IMG/VR virus record: IMGVR_UViG_3300031996_000001
Span: 18,692-82,691 of that record
Origin: a virus
Taxonomy: Duplodnaviria > Caudoviricetes
Length of the DNA: 64,000 nt
Direction: 5' to 3' (one strand)
In this document: piece after piece, positions 8,899-17,879 of the stretch
How the letters are laid out: every line of letters starts with the position of its first letter
How positions within the stretch are numbered: the stretch's first letter is position 1
Translations under genes and position numbers: made by a program
The notes under the pieces: generated by a model
Told to the model about the DNA's origin: nothing
Databases searched by the model: none
Seen by the model: only the letters and a program-made list of their open reading frames with translations

Positions 8899-9168
8899 AT
8901 GTCAACCACTGTCGCCGCCCGCTTCTACGTCGCCGAGGTCCACAAGAAGGCCTACGGCGGCCCCGGCACCGAGCCCCAGCGCGACGTCAAGCTCCAGGCC
9001 GCCACGCGCGGCGAGGAGAACAAGTCCTGGGCGCAGTACACCCCCAGCGGCTGGATCACCATGACGGTCAACGGCCCGGCCGGTGAGTGGTTCGAGGAGA
9101 ACCTGGGCCGCGACATCGCGGTCAGCTTCGCGGTGGCCGAGGAGGCCGGGCCGACGAAGTTCAGCTAG
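8899..9168 (+). CDS. Conserved phage hypothetical protein
   Basis: ARFYV..ENKSWAQYTPSGWITMTVN pattern; GGAGG RBS; start overlaps ATGTCAACC. Confidence 0.75.
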   Translation: MSTTVAARFYVAEVHKKAYGGPGTEPQRDVKLQAATRGEENKSWAQYTPSGWITMTVNGPAGEWFEENLGRDIAVSFAVAEEAGPTKFS

Positions 9169-9274
9169 AGCTTGGCGAAGGTGCTGAACTCGCTGACCGC
9201 CATCGCGGTGACCCCGTCGACCCGGGGGCCGTGCCAGTAGCGGTAGCGCTCCAGCGCCTTCAGGAACGCCCGGC

Positions 9275-9308
9275 AGGCCGGGGGCAGGCAGAGACCTGCC
9301 CCCGGCCT
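9275..9308. terminator. 14-bp stem hairpin at convergence of + and - operons
   Basis: AGGCCGGGGGCAGG-cagaga-CCTGCCCCCGGCCT. Confidence 0.7.
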
Positions 9309-9328
9309 TCCTGCGGCTCTGGGGGCGC

Positions 9329-9712
9329 TCACGCGGCGAGCGCGTGGGCTTCGGGGTGCGGGCACCGCTTGGTGACCGTCACCGAGGCGACCTTGACCGT
9401 GACCACGCCGGACCAGACCAGGGACACCGCGTGCGTGCGGTCCCGGGCGCCGATCTTGGCCATCACGTTGCGCAGGTGGCTCTTGACCGTGTCCTCGGAC
9501 AGGCCGTAGTCCCGGGCGATCATCCGGTTGGACTTGCCCTCGCACAGCGACTCCAGGACGGCGCGCTCCATCCGGGTGACCAGCACCTGCAGGCTCGGGC
9601 CCCGGTGCAGCTCGGGCTCCCAGTCCTCCAGGTCGGCGATCTCCTCGGCGCCCAGCGGCGTCCCCTTGGGGGTGCGCATCGGCGGCCGGGGCTTGGGCGC
9701 CAGGACCTTCAT
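9329..9712 (-). CDS. LuxR-family HTH DNA-binding protein
   Basis: TRMERAVLESLCEGKSNRMIARDYGLSEDTVKSHLRNVMAKIGARDRTHAV. Confidence 0.9.
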   Translation of the reverse strand: MKVLAPKPRPPMRTPKGTPLGAEEIADLEDWEPELHRGPSLQVLVTRMERAVLESLCEGKSNRMIARDYGLSEDTVKSHLRNVMAKIGARDRTHAVSLVWSGVVTVKVASVTVTKRCPHPEAHALAA

Positions 9713-9885
9713 CGCTCCACCCGCCGGTTGACATGGGACTTGCACTGCGGGCAGGCGTCCCGGTTGCCGACGGGCATGATGCCGTCGCTGTCGATGTGCA
9801 GCACGGGGAACCGCATCAGCGTGTGGTCCCCGCAGGTACGGCACCACAGGCCGAGCGTGGGCTCCCCCAGCTCGATGGTCTTCAC
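9709..9885 (-). CDS. Small zinc-ribbon protein
   Basis: WCRTCGD..ACPQCK; ATGA overlap with luxR-like gene. Confidence 0.55.
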   Translation of the reverse strand: MKTIELGEPTLGLWCRTCGDHTLMRFPVLHIDSDGIMPVGNRDACPQCKSHVNRRVER

Positions 9886-9898
9886 GCGGCGCAGTCTC

Positions 9899-10489
9899 TC
9901 AGTGACGCACGGTCGTCAGGTGCCGCTGCCGCTCGAACTGCAGGTAGGCGCGCGAGGCCTGCGGCCCCTCCTGGCCTTGGTAGTGGCTGCCCAGGATCTT
10001 GGAGCCGTAGGGGTTCTCCGCCCGGCTGGTCAGGTCGAAGAAGCACACCTGGCCGATGAACATCCCCGGCCACAGCAGCACCGGGCGCGGCGCGACGTTC
10101 TTCAGCTCCAGGGTCACGTAGCCGTCGAAGCCGGGGTCGATGAAGCCAGCGGTGGAGTGCACCTCGATGCCCAGGCGGCCGATCGAGGACTTGCCCTCCA
10201 GCCGCCCGGCGATGTTGTCCGGCAGTGTCAACCGCTCGACCGTGCTGCCCAGCGCGAAGGCGCCCGGCGCCAGCTGGAAGGCGTCCCCGTCCTCGACGTC
10301 GATGGTCAGCATCGACTCGGAGACCTTCGGGTCGATGGGGAGGTTGTCGGGTCCGCCGAACATCAGGAACCGGGCGTCCAGCCGGACGTCGACCGAGCAC
10401 GGCTGCATCGCGCGCGGCGCGGCCGGGGAGATGGAGATCTGCCGGTTCTCGACGGCGCGGGCGATGTCGCGGTCACTCAGCATGGACAT
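9899..10489 (-). CDS. dcd: dCTP deaminase
   Basis: LSDRDI, QPCSVDVRL, RLEGKSSIGRLG..HSTAGFIDPGFDG..TLEL, YQGQEGP motifs. Confidence 0.95.
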   Translation of the reverse strand: MSMLSDRDIARAVENRQISISPAAPRAMQPCSVDVRLDARFLMFGGPDNLPIDPKVSESMLTIDVEDGDAFQLAPGAFALGSTVERLTLPDNIAGRLEGKSSIGRLGIEVHSTAGFIDPGFDGYVTLELKNVAPRPVLLWPGMFIGQVCFFDLTSRAENPYGSKILGSHYQGQEGPQASRAYLQFERQRHLTTVRH

Positions 10490-11220
10490 CAGCCCTGCTC
10501 CTCGCGGACCTTGCGCACGCGCAGGTCGAACATCGCGCCGCCGGGCAGGCCGGAGCGCACCAGGGCGCCCTGGCTGGTGGCCAGGATCGCGGCCTGTCCC
10601 AGGGTCAGCCGGGTGCGCAGGCCGGGGCCCTCGTGGAACCACTTGCCCGCGCGCTCGTAGCGGACCACCTCGGTCCCGTCGGCCAGCTGCGCGTGGATCC
10701 GCCGGTCGGTCTGGAGCGGCAGGGCGGCAGCGGCCTGCCGCGCCTCGCGCTCGATCTGCTCCATCAGCTGCGCCACGGTCATGTCCAGCGGCGACGTCGG
10801 CGGAGCGGTTGACACGGGTGTTGCCTGTTGCGCAACAAGCAACAGCTGGTTCCGGTCGGCCGCGATCATCTCGGGCGAGATCGCGGCCAGCTCGGTGGTC
10901 TCGGCGGCGATCCGCCGGTCGTTGCTCTCGCGCAGCCGGGCGTAGGGCGCCGGACGCGGCGGCGGTACCGGGATGTTGACCTGCGTCGGCGCCACGACCC
11001 CGGGCATCTTGACCTGGCCGGGGCCCTTGGCGACGTGCGGGCTGCCGGAGTGCCGGATGCGCAGGGCGTCGCGCTGCACCTCGGAGGCCGACAGCGCCCG
11101 CCGGATGACGGTGTCCGGGCCGGGGCTCGGCTTCTTGCGGGTCAGGTGCCAGGCCAGCGCGCCCAACAGCGCGAGGATCAGCACACCCAGCACGATCAGC
11201 ACCAGGTGGTGCGCGGTCAT
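10489..11220 (-). CDS. Membrane-anchored hypothetical protein
   Basis: N-terminal TM; C-terminal EVVRYERAGKWF..GLPGG..FD domain. Confidence 0.7.
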   Translation of the reverse strand: MTAHHLVLIVLGVLILALLGALAWHLTRKKPSPGPDTVIRRALSASEVQRDALRIRHSGSPHVAKGPGQVKMPGVVAPTQVNIPVPPPRPAPYARLRESNDRRIAAETTELAAISPEMIAADRNQLLLVAQQATPVSTAPPTSPLDMTVAQLMEQIEREARQAAAALPLQTDRRIHAQLADGTEVVRYERAGKWFHEGPGLRTRLTLGQAAILATSQGALVRSGLPGGAMFDLRVRKVREEQG

Positions 11221-11221
11221 C

Positions 11222-11632
11222 TCAGCTCCAGTCGTCTGCGTCGTCCATCGGGATCAGCTCGGCGTCGATGACGCCGTCGCTCAGACCCTCGACGTCCTCG
11301 GGGTAGGCACTCTCGGTGATGTCGCTCGGCATCAGCGCGGGCGCCAGCGCGGCGAGCTTGTTGCGGATGACCTCGGCCGGGGAGAGCTGCTGGGTCTCGT
11401 TGCCCTCGCTCGGCTGGACCCGGAAGTGGACCTCCTTGGGCGGCGCGAGGCCGACCCGGTCCAGGATCGCCTGGGAGGCCTGCACCCGGGCGATCTCGCT
11501 CTTGCCGTTCTCGGCGATGTCAACCAGCGCATCGGCGGCCGTGGGGGCGCCGTGCGCGAGGATCGACCAGGCGGAGCGCACGGCCGAGATCGCCGAGGAC
11601 TGGTCACCCTTGGCGACCGGCTCGTTGCTCAC
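11222..11632 (-). CDS. Hypothetical protein, terminase small subunit-like
   Basis: AADALVDIAENG..EIARVQASQAILDRVGL pattern. Confidence 0.5.
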   Translation of the reverse strand: MSNEPVAKGDQSSAISAVRSAWSILAHGAPTAADALVDIAENGKSEIARVQASQAILDRVGLAPPKEVHFRVQPSEGNETQQLSPAEVIRNKLAALAPALMPSDITESAYPEDVEGLSDGVIDAELIPMDDADDWS

Positions 11633-11681
11633 CGTTCGAGTATGAGGGCAGGCGTCAACGCCCCGTGTTCCGCCGGGGCGT
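11632..11681 (-). promoter_or_regulatory. Leaderless promoter (TTGACG-8-CATACT-6-GTG) preceded by a hairpin
   Basis: TTGACG 11658-53, CATACT 11644-39, GTG 11632; stem ACGCCCCG/CGGGGCGT 11658-11681. Confidence 0.6.
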
Positions 11682-11694
11682 CGGCGTGTCGGGC

Positions 11695-12159
11695 TCAGAG
11701 GCCGCGCGCGTACCCGTCCGAACCCACGAGGGACTTCAGCTGCTCGACCGGCACGCCGGTCATCGTGACCACCCGCTCGATGTGGTAGCCCTGCTTGATC
11801 AGGTGCCGGGCCTCGGCGGGCGTCCAGCTGATCGGCGCGGGCTTGGTCTCGCGGCTCGGGGTCTTGGCGGGGGCGGGGGTCTCGGTCATCTGCGTCTCCT
11901 CGATCGGTTCCGGGCGGTAGGGGATGTGGGTCTGGCCATCCAGCTGCGCGTCCAGCGCCGCCAGCGCCCGCTCAGCGGCCTCGCGCTCCTGGCGCGCTCT
12001 CACCAGTCGCCCGTCGGTGGCCAGCCGCGTCTGGCGGCGTACAGCGGGGTCGTTCTTCTTGTTGCGGCCCCAGCTCGACCCGTGGGTGCCGACCTCGCGG
12101 CGCTGCTGCTTGCTCGACCCGCGCTCGTCGCGCTTGCGGCGTCCGGCGTCCTTCGCCAT
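11695..12159 (-). CDS. Basic protein with C-terminal HTH-like motif
   Basis: ARHLIKQGYHIERVVTMTGVPVEQLKSL. Confidence 0.6.
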   Translation of the reverse strand: MAKDAGRRKRDERGSSKQQRREVGTHGSSWGRNKKNDPAVRRQTRLATDGRLVRARQEREAAERALAALDAQLDGQTHIPYRPEPIEETQMTETPAPAKTPSRETKPAPISWTPAEARHLIKQGYHIERVVTMTGVPVEQLKSLVGSDGYARGL

Positions 12160-12614
12160 CAGCGGCGCACCGGTGCGGGGATCGTCGTGCGCTTCGCGGC
12201 CATGCCCGACAGCTCCTCGGCGTGCATCTCGCGCTGCAGCTCCAGCTTGCGGCGGGCCCAGGGCTCCAGCTTCGGATCGGTCAGCTGCTCGTCCAGCGCG
12301 GCGATCTGGGAGCGGACCTCCTCGGCCCTGGCGCGGCGCTGCGCGATCACCGGGCCGATCCAGAAGCGCCAGGTCACGAACGGCAGGAAGGTGCCCAGCA
12401 GGCCGCTGATGAACCAGACGGCCCACATCGCCCAGCTGTGGTCCAGCGGTGTGCCGTCCACGGCCAGGTCGACCAGGGCGAGCACCAGGACGATGGCCGA
12501 CCACATCCAGGCCCGCCACTGTGTCAACCAGTAGTGCGTGCCGGAGCGGTAGTCCCAGCGGATCGCGCGGGGACGGGGGACGAAGCGGAAGCAGTTGATG
12601 CTGATGGATCGCAT
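12159..12614 (-). CDS. Membrane protein
   Basis: Two TM segments plus coiled coil; ATG 12614. Confidence 0.65.
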   Translation of the reverse strand: MRSISINCFRFVPRPRAIRWDYRSGTHYWLTQWRAWMWSAIVLVLALVDLAVDGTPLDHSWAMWAVWFISGLLGTFLPFVTWRFWIGPVIAQRRARAEEVRSQIAALDEQLTDPKLEPWARRKLELQREMHAEELSGMAAKRTTIPAPVRR

Positions 12615-12657
12615 GACTGAGGTGTGAGTGCTCTCTGGGAAGGCAGCGCCGGATGTC

Positions 12658-13707
12658 TCAACGCTGCAGGGAGTAGACCTTCTCGGACACGATGAGCGGA
12701 CGGCCCTCGGGTCCCTTGGTGTACGGCGCGATCCACACCCGGACGCGGAACCGCGTCGGGTCCTCGGGGTACGGCTCGGCCAGCGGGTGGTTCGGCCCGC
12801 ACGCCCGCCACGCGGGGTGGCCACGGACGACCCACCGATGGTGCCACTCGACCAGCGACTCGCCCTCGGCCCGCGCGGTCTTGCGGTTGCGCAGCCGGAT
12901 CACGACGACGCGCGGCGGGATGTTGGCCCGCCCGGCGCGCTTGCGGAACGGCCGGGGGACGTCGGCCGGGCCGATGTCGGTGACGGTCTGGTTGCACAGC
13001 AGCCAGAAGGCGTGGATCAGCCGGGTCAGGTTGCTGTACTCGACCGGCACCCCGCCCTCGGCCAGGATCGTCTCGATCTTGGCCTCCGGTGCGGGCTGCC
13101 AGGCCGGGCCCAGCCGCTGCTGGTCGGTGATCGACTGCGCGCCGGTGAAGCCCCAGCGGCCCTGCAGCTGGTTGCGCAGCGCCTCGACCTCGGGCTCGTC
13201 GCGGGCCAGCTCCAGGGCGACCTGGTCGGGCTCCTCCCGGTGGTCGTTGAACATCCAGAGCATCGTCCACTCGGTGGGCTCCCCGGAGTCGTGACGACGG
13301 CTCTCGGCGATGATCGGGCCCCAGACGATCCAGGAGATCCGCATCTGCTTGCCGCGCACGTCCTGGAAGGGCAGGCCGCCCTCGAACCGGGCGATGCCCG
13401 CCCGGGTCGGCATCATCAGCCGGTTGATCCGGTCGGTCTCGTCCAGCTGCGTGGCGGCGAAGGAGACCAGGCTGGTCATGTCGGCGGTGACGTGGAAGCA
13501 CTCCGCCTCGGGCAGCACCCGGCGCAGCGTCTCGATGGTGACGGCGGCGTTGTTGCGCGCCCGCGACTCGTCCAGGCCCTCCTTGGCCGCGATGTCGGAG
13601 TCCTTGAAGTCCAGGAACACCTGGTGGCGCCAGGCGCCCTTCAACGTCGGGTTCTCCAGCCGGGCCATCAGGTCGGCCTTGTGGTCCAGCAGCTCCGGCG
13701 GGTTCAT
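12658..13707 (-). CDS. Conserved actinophage hypothetical protein
   Basis: 349 aa, strong codon bias, C-terminal WHHRWVVRGH..VWIAPYTKGP motif. Confidence 0.8.
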   Translation of the reverse strand: MNPPELLDHKADLMARLENPTLKGAWRHQVFLDFKDSDIAAKEGLDESRARNNAAVTIETLRRVLPEAECFHVTADMTSLVSFAATQLDETDRINRLMMPTRAGIARFEGGLPFQDVRGKQMRISWIVWGPIIAESRRHDSGEPTEWTMLWMFNDHREEPDQVALELARDEPEVEALRNQLQGRWGFTGAQSITDQQRLGPAWQPAPEAKIETILAEGGVPVEYSNLTRLIHAFWLLCNQTVTDIGPADVPRPFRKRAGRANIPPRVVVIRLRNRKTARAEGESLVEWHHRWVVRGHPAWRACGPNHPLAEPYPEDPTRFRVRVWIAPYTKGPEGRPLIVSEKVYSLQR

Positions 13708-13898
13708 CAGACGGTCCGCAGGTACTCGGCGAAGCCCTCGTGGTCGCCCTCGTAGCTGCCCAGGCCGAAGGCCAGGCTCGGCAGGTCCTCGCCGTAGACC
13801 TTGCCGTCGCGGCGGGCCACACGGACGGTGTTCAGGTCGTTCTCCCGCAGGAAGTCGGCGGTGACCTGGCTGGTGGGGATGATCCCTGTCTGCGTCAT
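13707..13898 (-). CDS. Hypothetical protein (MTQT start)
   Basis: Leaderless after tandem-TTGACA promoter. Confidence 0.7.
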   Translation of the reverse strand: MTQTGIIPTSQVTADFLRENDLNTVRVARRDGKVYGEDLPSLAFGLGSYEGDHEGFAEYLRTV

Positions 13899-13934
13899 GC
13901 CCTTAGTATGCCATGCCTGTCAACAGTGTCAACA
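13898..13934 (-). promoter_or_regulatory. SigA-like leaderless promoter with tandem TTGACA
   Basis: TTGACA 13932-27, second 13923-18, CATACT 13910-05, 6 nt, ATG 13898. Confidence 0.85.
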
Positions 13935-13943
13935 CGGGGGCCA

Positions 13944-14543
13944 TCAGTGCCACCGGCGTGTCTCGGAGTCGGTGTTCGCCACGGAGGCGTCGACCTTGGC
14001 CCGCAGCGGGTCCAGCCGCACCGGCCCGGCCTGGTGCTTGCGCACCTCGCGGTAGAGCCGCTTCAGGCTCTCCTCCAGCGCGGGCAGCGGCACCTCTTGC
14101 CCGTTGCGCACTGCGCTCGACTGCGCCGCGCGCCGTGTCAACCGGGGCCAGTCGCCCCGGTTGATCAGGTCCGCGCAGACGCCGCAGGCGCTCCAGGCGT
14201 TGGTGGACCCCCAGTCGGTGATCGTCCGGTCCAGCCGCATCGGCATCTCGAAGTCGGCGACCGGCAGCTCCCAGACCACGCCCTCGTAGGTCAGGCAGAA
14301 GTCGCAGCGCAGCCGGACGTTGGCCTCGCCCAGCACGGAGTACGGGATCGGCTCGACCGCGTGGTTGACACCCTCGTCGCGGTCGGGCTCGGTGTGGTCC
14401 CAGACGACGCCGTGCACGGTGCGCTTCTTGGTCACCGGGTCGACGGTGACGTCCTCCAGCCGCTCCAGGGACCGCCTGCACACGCGGCAGGCCATCCACT
14501 CCTCCATCGGGCCCATCGTCGGCCCGGGGCGGGGTCCGGTCAC
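13944..14543 (-). CDS. Cys-rich hypothetical protein
   Basis: CRVC..DH..CDFC..WSACGVCADLI pattern; GTGA overlap. Confidence 0.7.
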   Translation of the reverse strand: MTGPRPGPTMGPMEEWMACRVCRRSLERLEDVTVDPVTKKRTVHGVVWDHTEPDRDEGVNHAVEPIPYSVLGEANVRLRCDFCLTYEGVVWELPVADFEMPMRLDRTITDWGSTNAWSACGVCADLINRGDWPRLTRRAAQSSAVRNGQEVPLPALEESLKRLYREVRKHQAGPVRLDPLRAKVDASVANTDSETRRWH

Positions 14544-14944
14544 GACCAGCCCAGGCGCCGGTGGTCGGAGTCGACGGGGGCGTTCAGCGGGTCGATGGCG
14601 TCCGGGCGGTCGAACTCGCGCATCTCGACGCTCTGCACCGGGCTGCTCAGCAGCATCCCGGAGCCGTCGGGCATCTCGCAGACCATGAACATCCCCTCGG
14701 TCAGCTCCTCGCGCTTGACCGCCTCGCGCCAGGGCAGCACCAGGGTGTTGGTCTTGCGGCCCTCCTCGTCGGTGAAGCCGATGATCCGGCGGGGCTCGGT
14801 GTAGCCGCCCAGGTGGTTGGGGATGACGCCGTCGCTGGCCCAGGCGTGCACCGGGTAGGGCAGCTTGGTCAGCTCGGTGCCGTCGTCCAGGACGTGGTCC
14901 ACGACCGGCGCGGGCTGCAGGGTGATCAGGTTCTCGCGGCTCAC
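14540..14944 (-). CDS. Hypothetical protein
   Basis: MSRENLITLQPA..; GTGA overlap. Confidence 0.7.
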   Translation of the reverse strand: MSRENLITLQPAPVVDHVLDDGTELTKLPYPVHAWASDGVIPNHLGGYTEPRRIIGFTDEEGRKTNTLVLPWREAVKREELTEGMFMVCEMPDGSGMLLSSPVQSVEMREFDRPDAIDPLNAPVDSDHRRLGWS

Positions 14945-15438
14945 AGGTGCTCCTCGATGTCGTCGGCGGCGTAGGGCTCGCCGGTGTAGGGGCGGATCTC
15001 GGACGGTGCGTCGAACAGGCGGCGATTGACACCGAGGAAGCGGTGCAGGCGGCCCAGCTCCTGGTCCTTGTCCCGCCAGGGGCGGCCGTCGAAGCGGAGC
15101 AGGTCCCACTTGCTGTCCACCGGCGGCCGGGACGGCTTGTGCTCCCAGGACTTGCGGGCCCGGTAGCGGAAGTGCCACCGCTCGACCAGCAGCTGGACGG
15201 CGTCCTTCTTGGTCCGGACGTCCTTGGCGATCAGCTCCAGGCCGTTGACCGGGTCGTTCGGGATCGTCATCCAGACGTCCCAGGTGACCAGCCGGGACAC
15301 GCTGCCGATCGGCCACTCCGGGCCCCAGCGGTCGATGAACACCGTGGAGGCCTCGCCGTTCTTGATCGCGTGCACGCCTCGGTAGACGGCCACGGGGTCG
15401 CCCCCGGGGTCGCCCGGCTCGTAGACGGTGATGATCAC
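14941..15438 (-). CDS. Hypothetical protein
   Basis: MIITVYEPGD..; GTGA overlap. Confidence 0.7.
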   Translation of the reverse strand: MIITVYEPGDPGGDPVAVYRGVHAIKNGEASTVFIDRWGPEWPIGSVSRLVTWDVWMTIPNDPVNGLELIAKDVRTKKDAVQLLVERWHFRYRARKSWEHKPSRPPVDSKWDLLRFDGRPWRDKDQELGRLHRFLGVNRRLFDAPSEIRPYTGEPYAADDIEEHL

Positions 15439-15656
15439 GCGGTCCCCCTCGGCACCGCGTAGCGGGTGCGGCCGTCCTCGGTGAACCGCACGCAGCCGCA
15501 CACCGGGCAGGTCTGGCTCTCGCCCTCGGCGGGGAAGTCGGTGACCGGGAACGGCGTCCCGGGCTTCCCGCCCCAGTTGTGCCCGTCCTTGCGGCACGCC
15601 TCGACCGGCGGCCAGGGGCCGTACCAAGCCTCGTTCTCGGCCGTCCACGCGGGCAT
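15435..15656 (-). CDS. Hypothetical protein (C..H..CPVCGC)
   Basis: ORF track. Confidence 0.6.
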   Translation of the reverse strand: MPAWTAENEAWYGPWPPVEACRKDGHNWGGKPGTPFPVTDFPAEGESQTCPVCGCVRFTEDGRTRYAVPRGTA

Positions 15657-15727
15657 CAGGGCTGCCGCCCCAGGCCGTCCATCAGGTGCAGGACGACGAA
15701 CAGCGCGGCCAGCGCCAGCAGGATCAC
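15656..15727 (-). CDS. 23-aa single-TM peptide
   Basis: MILLALAALFVVLHLMDGLGRQP; GTGA overlap. Confidence 0.4.
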   Translation of the reverse strand: MILLALAALFVVLHLMDGLGRQP

Positions 15728-15840
15728 CGGTGGCCCCGCAGCGTCCAGAAGACGTGCACGGCGAAGAACGGGACCGCGTGCTGGGTCCACCAGGGCTGCG
15801 CCCGGTCGGCGGCGGGGTCGGGGAACACTGTCTGCGTCAC
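15724..15840 (-). CDS. 38-aa leaderless peptide (MTQT start)
   Basis: GTGACGCAGACA 6 nt after TATAGT. Confidence 0.5.
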   Translation of the reverse strand: MTQTVFPDPAADRAQPWWTQHAVPFFAVHVFWTLRGHR

Positions 15841-15878
15841 GCATTGACTATAAGTCGGGAGTGTCAACAGTGTCAACA
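15840..15878 (-). promoter_or_regulatory. SigA-like leaderless promoter with tandem TTGACA (inside 3' end of upstream gene)
   Basis: TTGACA 15876-71, second 15867-62, TATAGT 15852-47, 6 nt, GTG 15840. Confidence 0.85.
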
Positions 15879-16333
15879 GGGAGCACTCCCCGGTGTGTCC
15901 CGTCCACCGGCGGGGCCAGCACGTCCTTCAGCCGGGCGTCGCCGACCCACACGCCGCGCTCGATGTTGGTGGCCAGGTGGTTCAGCAGGTCGGCGAAGTT
16001 CCAGCTCAGCCGGTTGAACACGGTGTCCGACGTGCGCGGGTTGTCCAGCCGCCGCTTGACCTCCAGCAGCCGCTCCACGGTGACCTCGTAGGTGCTCGGC
16101 AGCTTGGGCGGCGGCGCCGGGGTGTAGCGGGCGAACAGCGTGCGCAGCTCCATCTCGTCGGCCGCGCTGCGTGTCTCCTGCTTGGTCAGGTCGGTGTAGC
16201 GCTTGACCCCGATCAGCCAGGCGTCGGCCCGGTCGTTCTGCTTGGGCATGGCCACCTCGATGCCCTGCTCGCGCAGCATCCGGTCCTGCCAGGCCTCGAC
16301 CGTCTCGCCCTCGCCCCAGGCCATGTCAACCAC
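15848..16333 (-). CDS. Hypothetical protein
   Basis: ORF track, GC3-rich. Confidence 0.7.
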   Translation of the reverse strand: MVDMAWGEGETVEAWQDRMLREQGIEVAMPKQNDRADAWLIGVKRYTDLTKQETRSAADEMELRTLFARYTPAPPPKLPSTYEVTVERLLEVKRRLDNPRTSDTVFNRLSWNFADLLNHLATNIERGVWVGDARLKDVLAPPVDGTHRGVLPVDTVDTPDL

Positions 16334-16508
16334 CCCTCGTCGGCGGCGTCCCGGCGATCCGGTCGGTGCCGTCGGTCAGCAGGACGACGTTCGTCCAGCC
16401 CATCTGCTCCAAGGTCTGCGCCACGGCTTTCATCACGGCCGCCGCGACAGACAGAGACAGCGGCAGCTCCAGGCGCACCACGGACTCGGTGCCGTCGGGC
16501 AGCCTCAC
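16326..16508 (-). CDS. Hypothetical protein
   Basis: MRLPDGTESVVRLEL..; GTGA overlap. Confidence 0.55.
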   Translation of the reverse strand: MRLPDGTESVVRLELPLSLSVAAAVMKAVAQTLEQMGWTNVVLLTDGTDRIAGTPPTRGG

Positions 16509-16903
16509 CCCAGCACCAGCTGCAGCCGCTCGCGCAGCGTCGCCCCGTCCGGCGGGTTCCCGGCCGCACTGCGCCAGCCCAGGGCGTCGTGGAAGTCGGC
16601 CAGCACCCGGTTGTCCGGGTCGTGGGTGTAGATCCACTCGGCCAGGGCGTCGATGGCCAGCAGCACCGGGTGGACGCGGTTGACAGCCGGGTGCAGCGGC
16701 ATCCAGTAGTCGGCGCGCTCCGAGGGCGGCGGGATCGGCTCGTCCAGGAAGAACACCAGCGGCCCGTTGGCGGGGTTGGCCAGCAGCTCGGCGCAGCCGT
16801 AGCAGTAGGCAGTGCGCTCGGTGCGCATCCCGTCGTGGGAGCGGTAGGTGCCGCGCACGGTGGCCTCGTTGGTGCACCGCACGCTCGGGCAGCGCTCAGC
16901 CAT
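16505..16903 (-). CDS. Hypothetical protein (CPSVRC..CYGC)
   Basis: ORF track. Confidence 0.65.
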   Translation of the reverse strand: MAERCPSVRCTNEATVRGTYRSHDGMRTERTAYCYGCAELLANPANGPLVFFLDEPIPPPSERADYWMPLHPAVNRVHPVLLAIDALAEWIYTHDPDNRVLADFHDALGWRSAAGNPPDGATLRERLQLVLG

Positions 16904-17498
16904 CGGCCCGCTCCTCGCGCTCGCGGGCCTCGTCCTCGGCGTCGGCCCCGGCCTGCCGGTAGCCGATGTCGCGGGCCAGCCCGATGGTGCGGGCGATCAC
17001 GGCCTTGGCGTCCTCGTAGAGGTGCTGCAGCCCGGCCTCGAACGCGGCGTGGTCGATCTGGGAGTCCAGGGCCGCGTCGCCGGTTGACACCGGCTCCGGC
17101 CTCGGCTTGGCCAGCCGCTCGGCCAGGAACGGCACCTCGCTCAGCTGCGCGCGGGCCATCTTGCGGTAGTAGTCCCGGCCGGGCTCGGACTCCTGGCCCC
17201 AGTTCAGGTGCTCGGTGTCGAAGTGGTGGTGCAGCCAGCGGGCCAGCTGCTCGATGTGGTCGGTCTCCTGGCGGATCAGGGCGGCCTCCTCGGCCCCGGT
17301 CACCGGGTCGCTGGCCTGCCCGGCCCGCTCCTGGTCGACGGCGATCAGGATCCACTCGACCCGGTCGGCCTCGTCCAGCTCCAGCCACGTCTTGGGCGCG
17401 TCGGGGCGCCTGCGCTCGTACAGCTCGCGGCCCAGCTCCTGGTGCCGCTCACGCTCGGCCTGCAGCTCGTAGCGCTCGGCCTCGTCGTCCCTGCTCAT
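16896..17498 (-). CDS. Hypothetical protein
   Basis: ORF track, AGAGGA RBS. Confidence 0.7.
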   Translation of the reverse strand: MSRDDEAERYELQAERERHQELGRELYERRRPDAPKTWLELDEADRVEWILIAVDQERAGQASDPVTGAEEAALIRQETDHIEQLARWLHHHFDTEHLNWGQESEPGRDYYRKMARAQLSEVPFLAERLAKPRPEPVSTGDAALDSQIDHAAFEAGLQHLYEDAKAVIARTIGLARDIGYRQAGADAEDEAREREERADG

Positions 17499-17519
17499 CG
17501 GTGTCCTCTCAACGCGGGC

Positions 17520-17549
17520 GGGCCCGCCACCAGGTGCGGTGGCGGGCCC
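17520..17549 (-). terminator. Hairpin downstream of 17565-17879 gene
   Basis: GGGCCCGCCACC-aggtgc-GGTGGCGGGCCC. Confidence 0.6.
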
Positions 17550-17564
17550 AGGGGGGCGGGCAGG

Positions 17565-17879
17565 TCAGGCGTCGTCGTCCTCGTCGTCCTCGATCTGGAT
17601 GCCGGGCATCCCGGGCACGCTCACGCCCTTGCGGGCGTAGGTCTCGGCCTGGGTGGGCTTGGCGCCCTCGTGCAGGACGGTGATCTGGTCCAGCGGGATC
17701 AGGTAGTCCCGGCTGCCCTTGACCACGATCGCGGGCAGCGGGCCCTCGGGGTACACGGCCAGCAGCTCGTAGGGCCCCCAGGTGCGGCTGGACTTGGTCC
17801 GCACGGTGACCTCGGAGCCGATCAGGCTGGCCAGGAAGGCGATGGACGTGGTGGGCGTGTCGTTGCTCGTCTGCGTCAT
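17565..17879 (-). CDS. Small beta-barrel protein, possibly Sm/Hfq-like (MTQT start)
   Basis: FLASLIGSEVTVRTKSSRTWGPYELLAV..IVVKGSRDYLIPLDQITVL, acidic tail. Confidence 0.7.
   Translation of the reverse strand: MTQTSNDTPTTSIAFLASLIGSEVTVRTKSSRTWGPYELLAVYPEGPLPAIVVKGSRDYLIPLDQITVLHEGAKPTQAETYARKGVSVPGMPGIQIEDDEDDDA

Noticed and set aside
9165-9332. Possible small leftward ORF after the luxR-like gene
   Set aside because: It runs through the 14-bp hairpin at the convergence point; a terminator is the simpler reading
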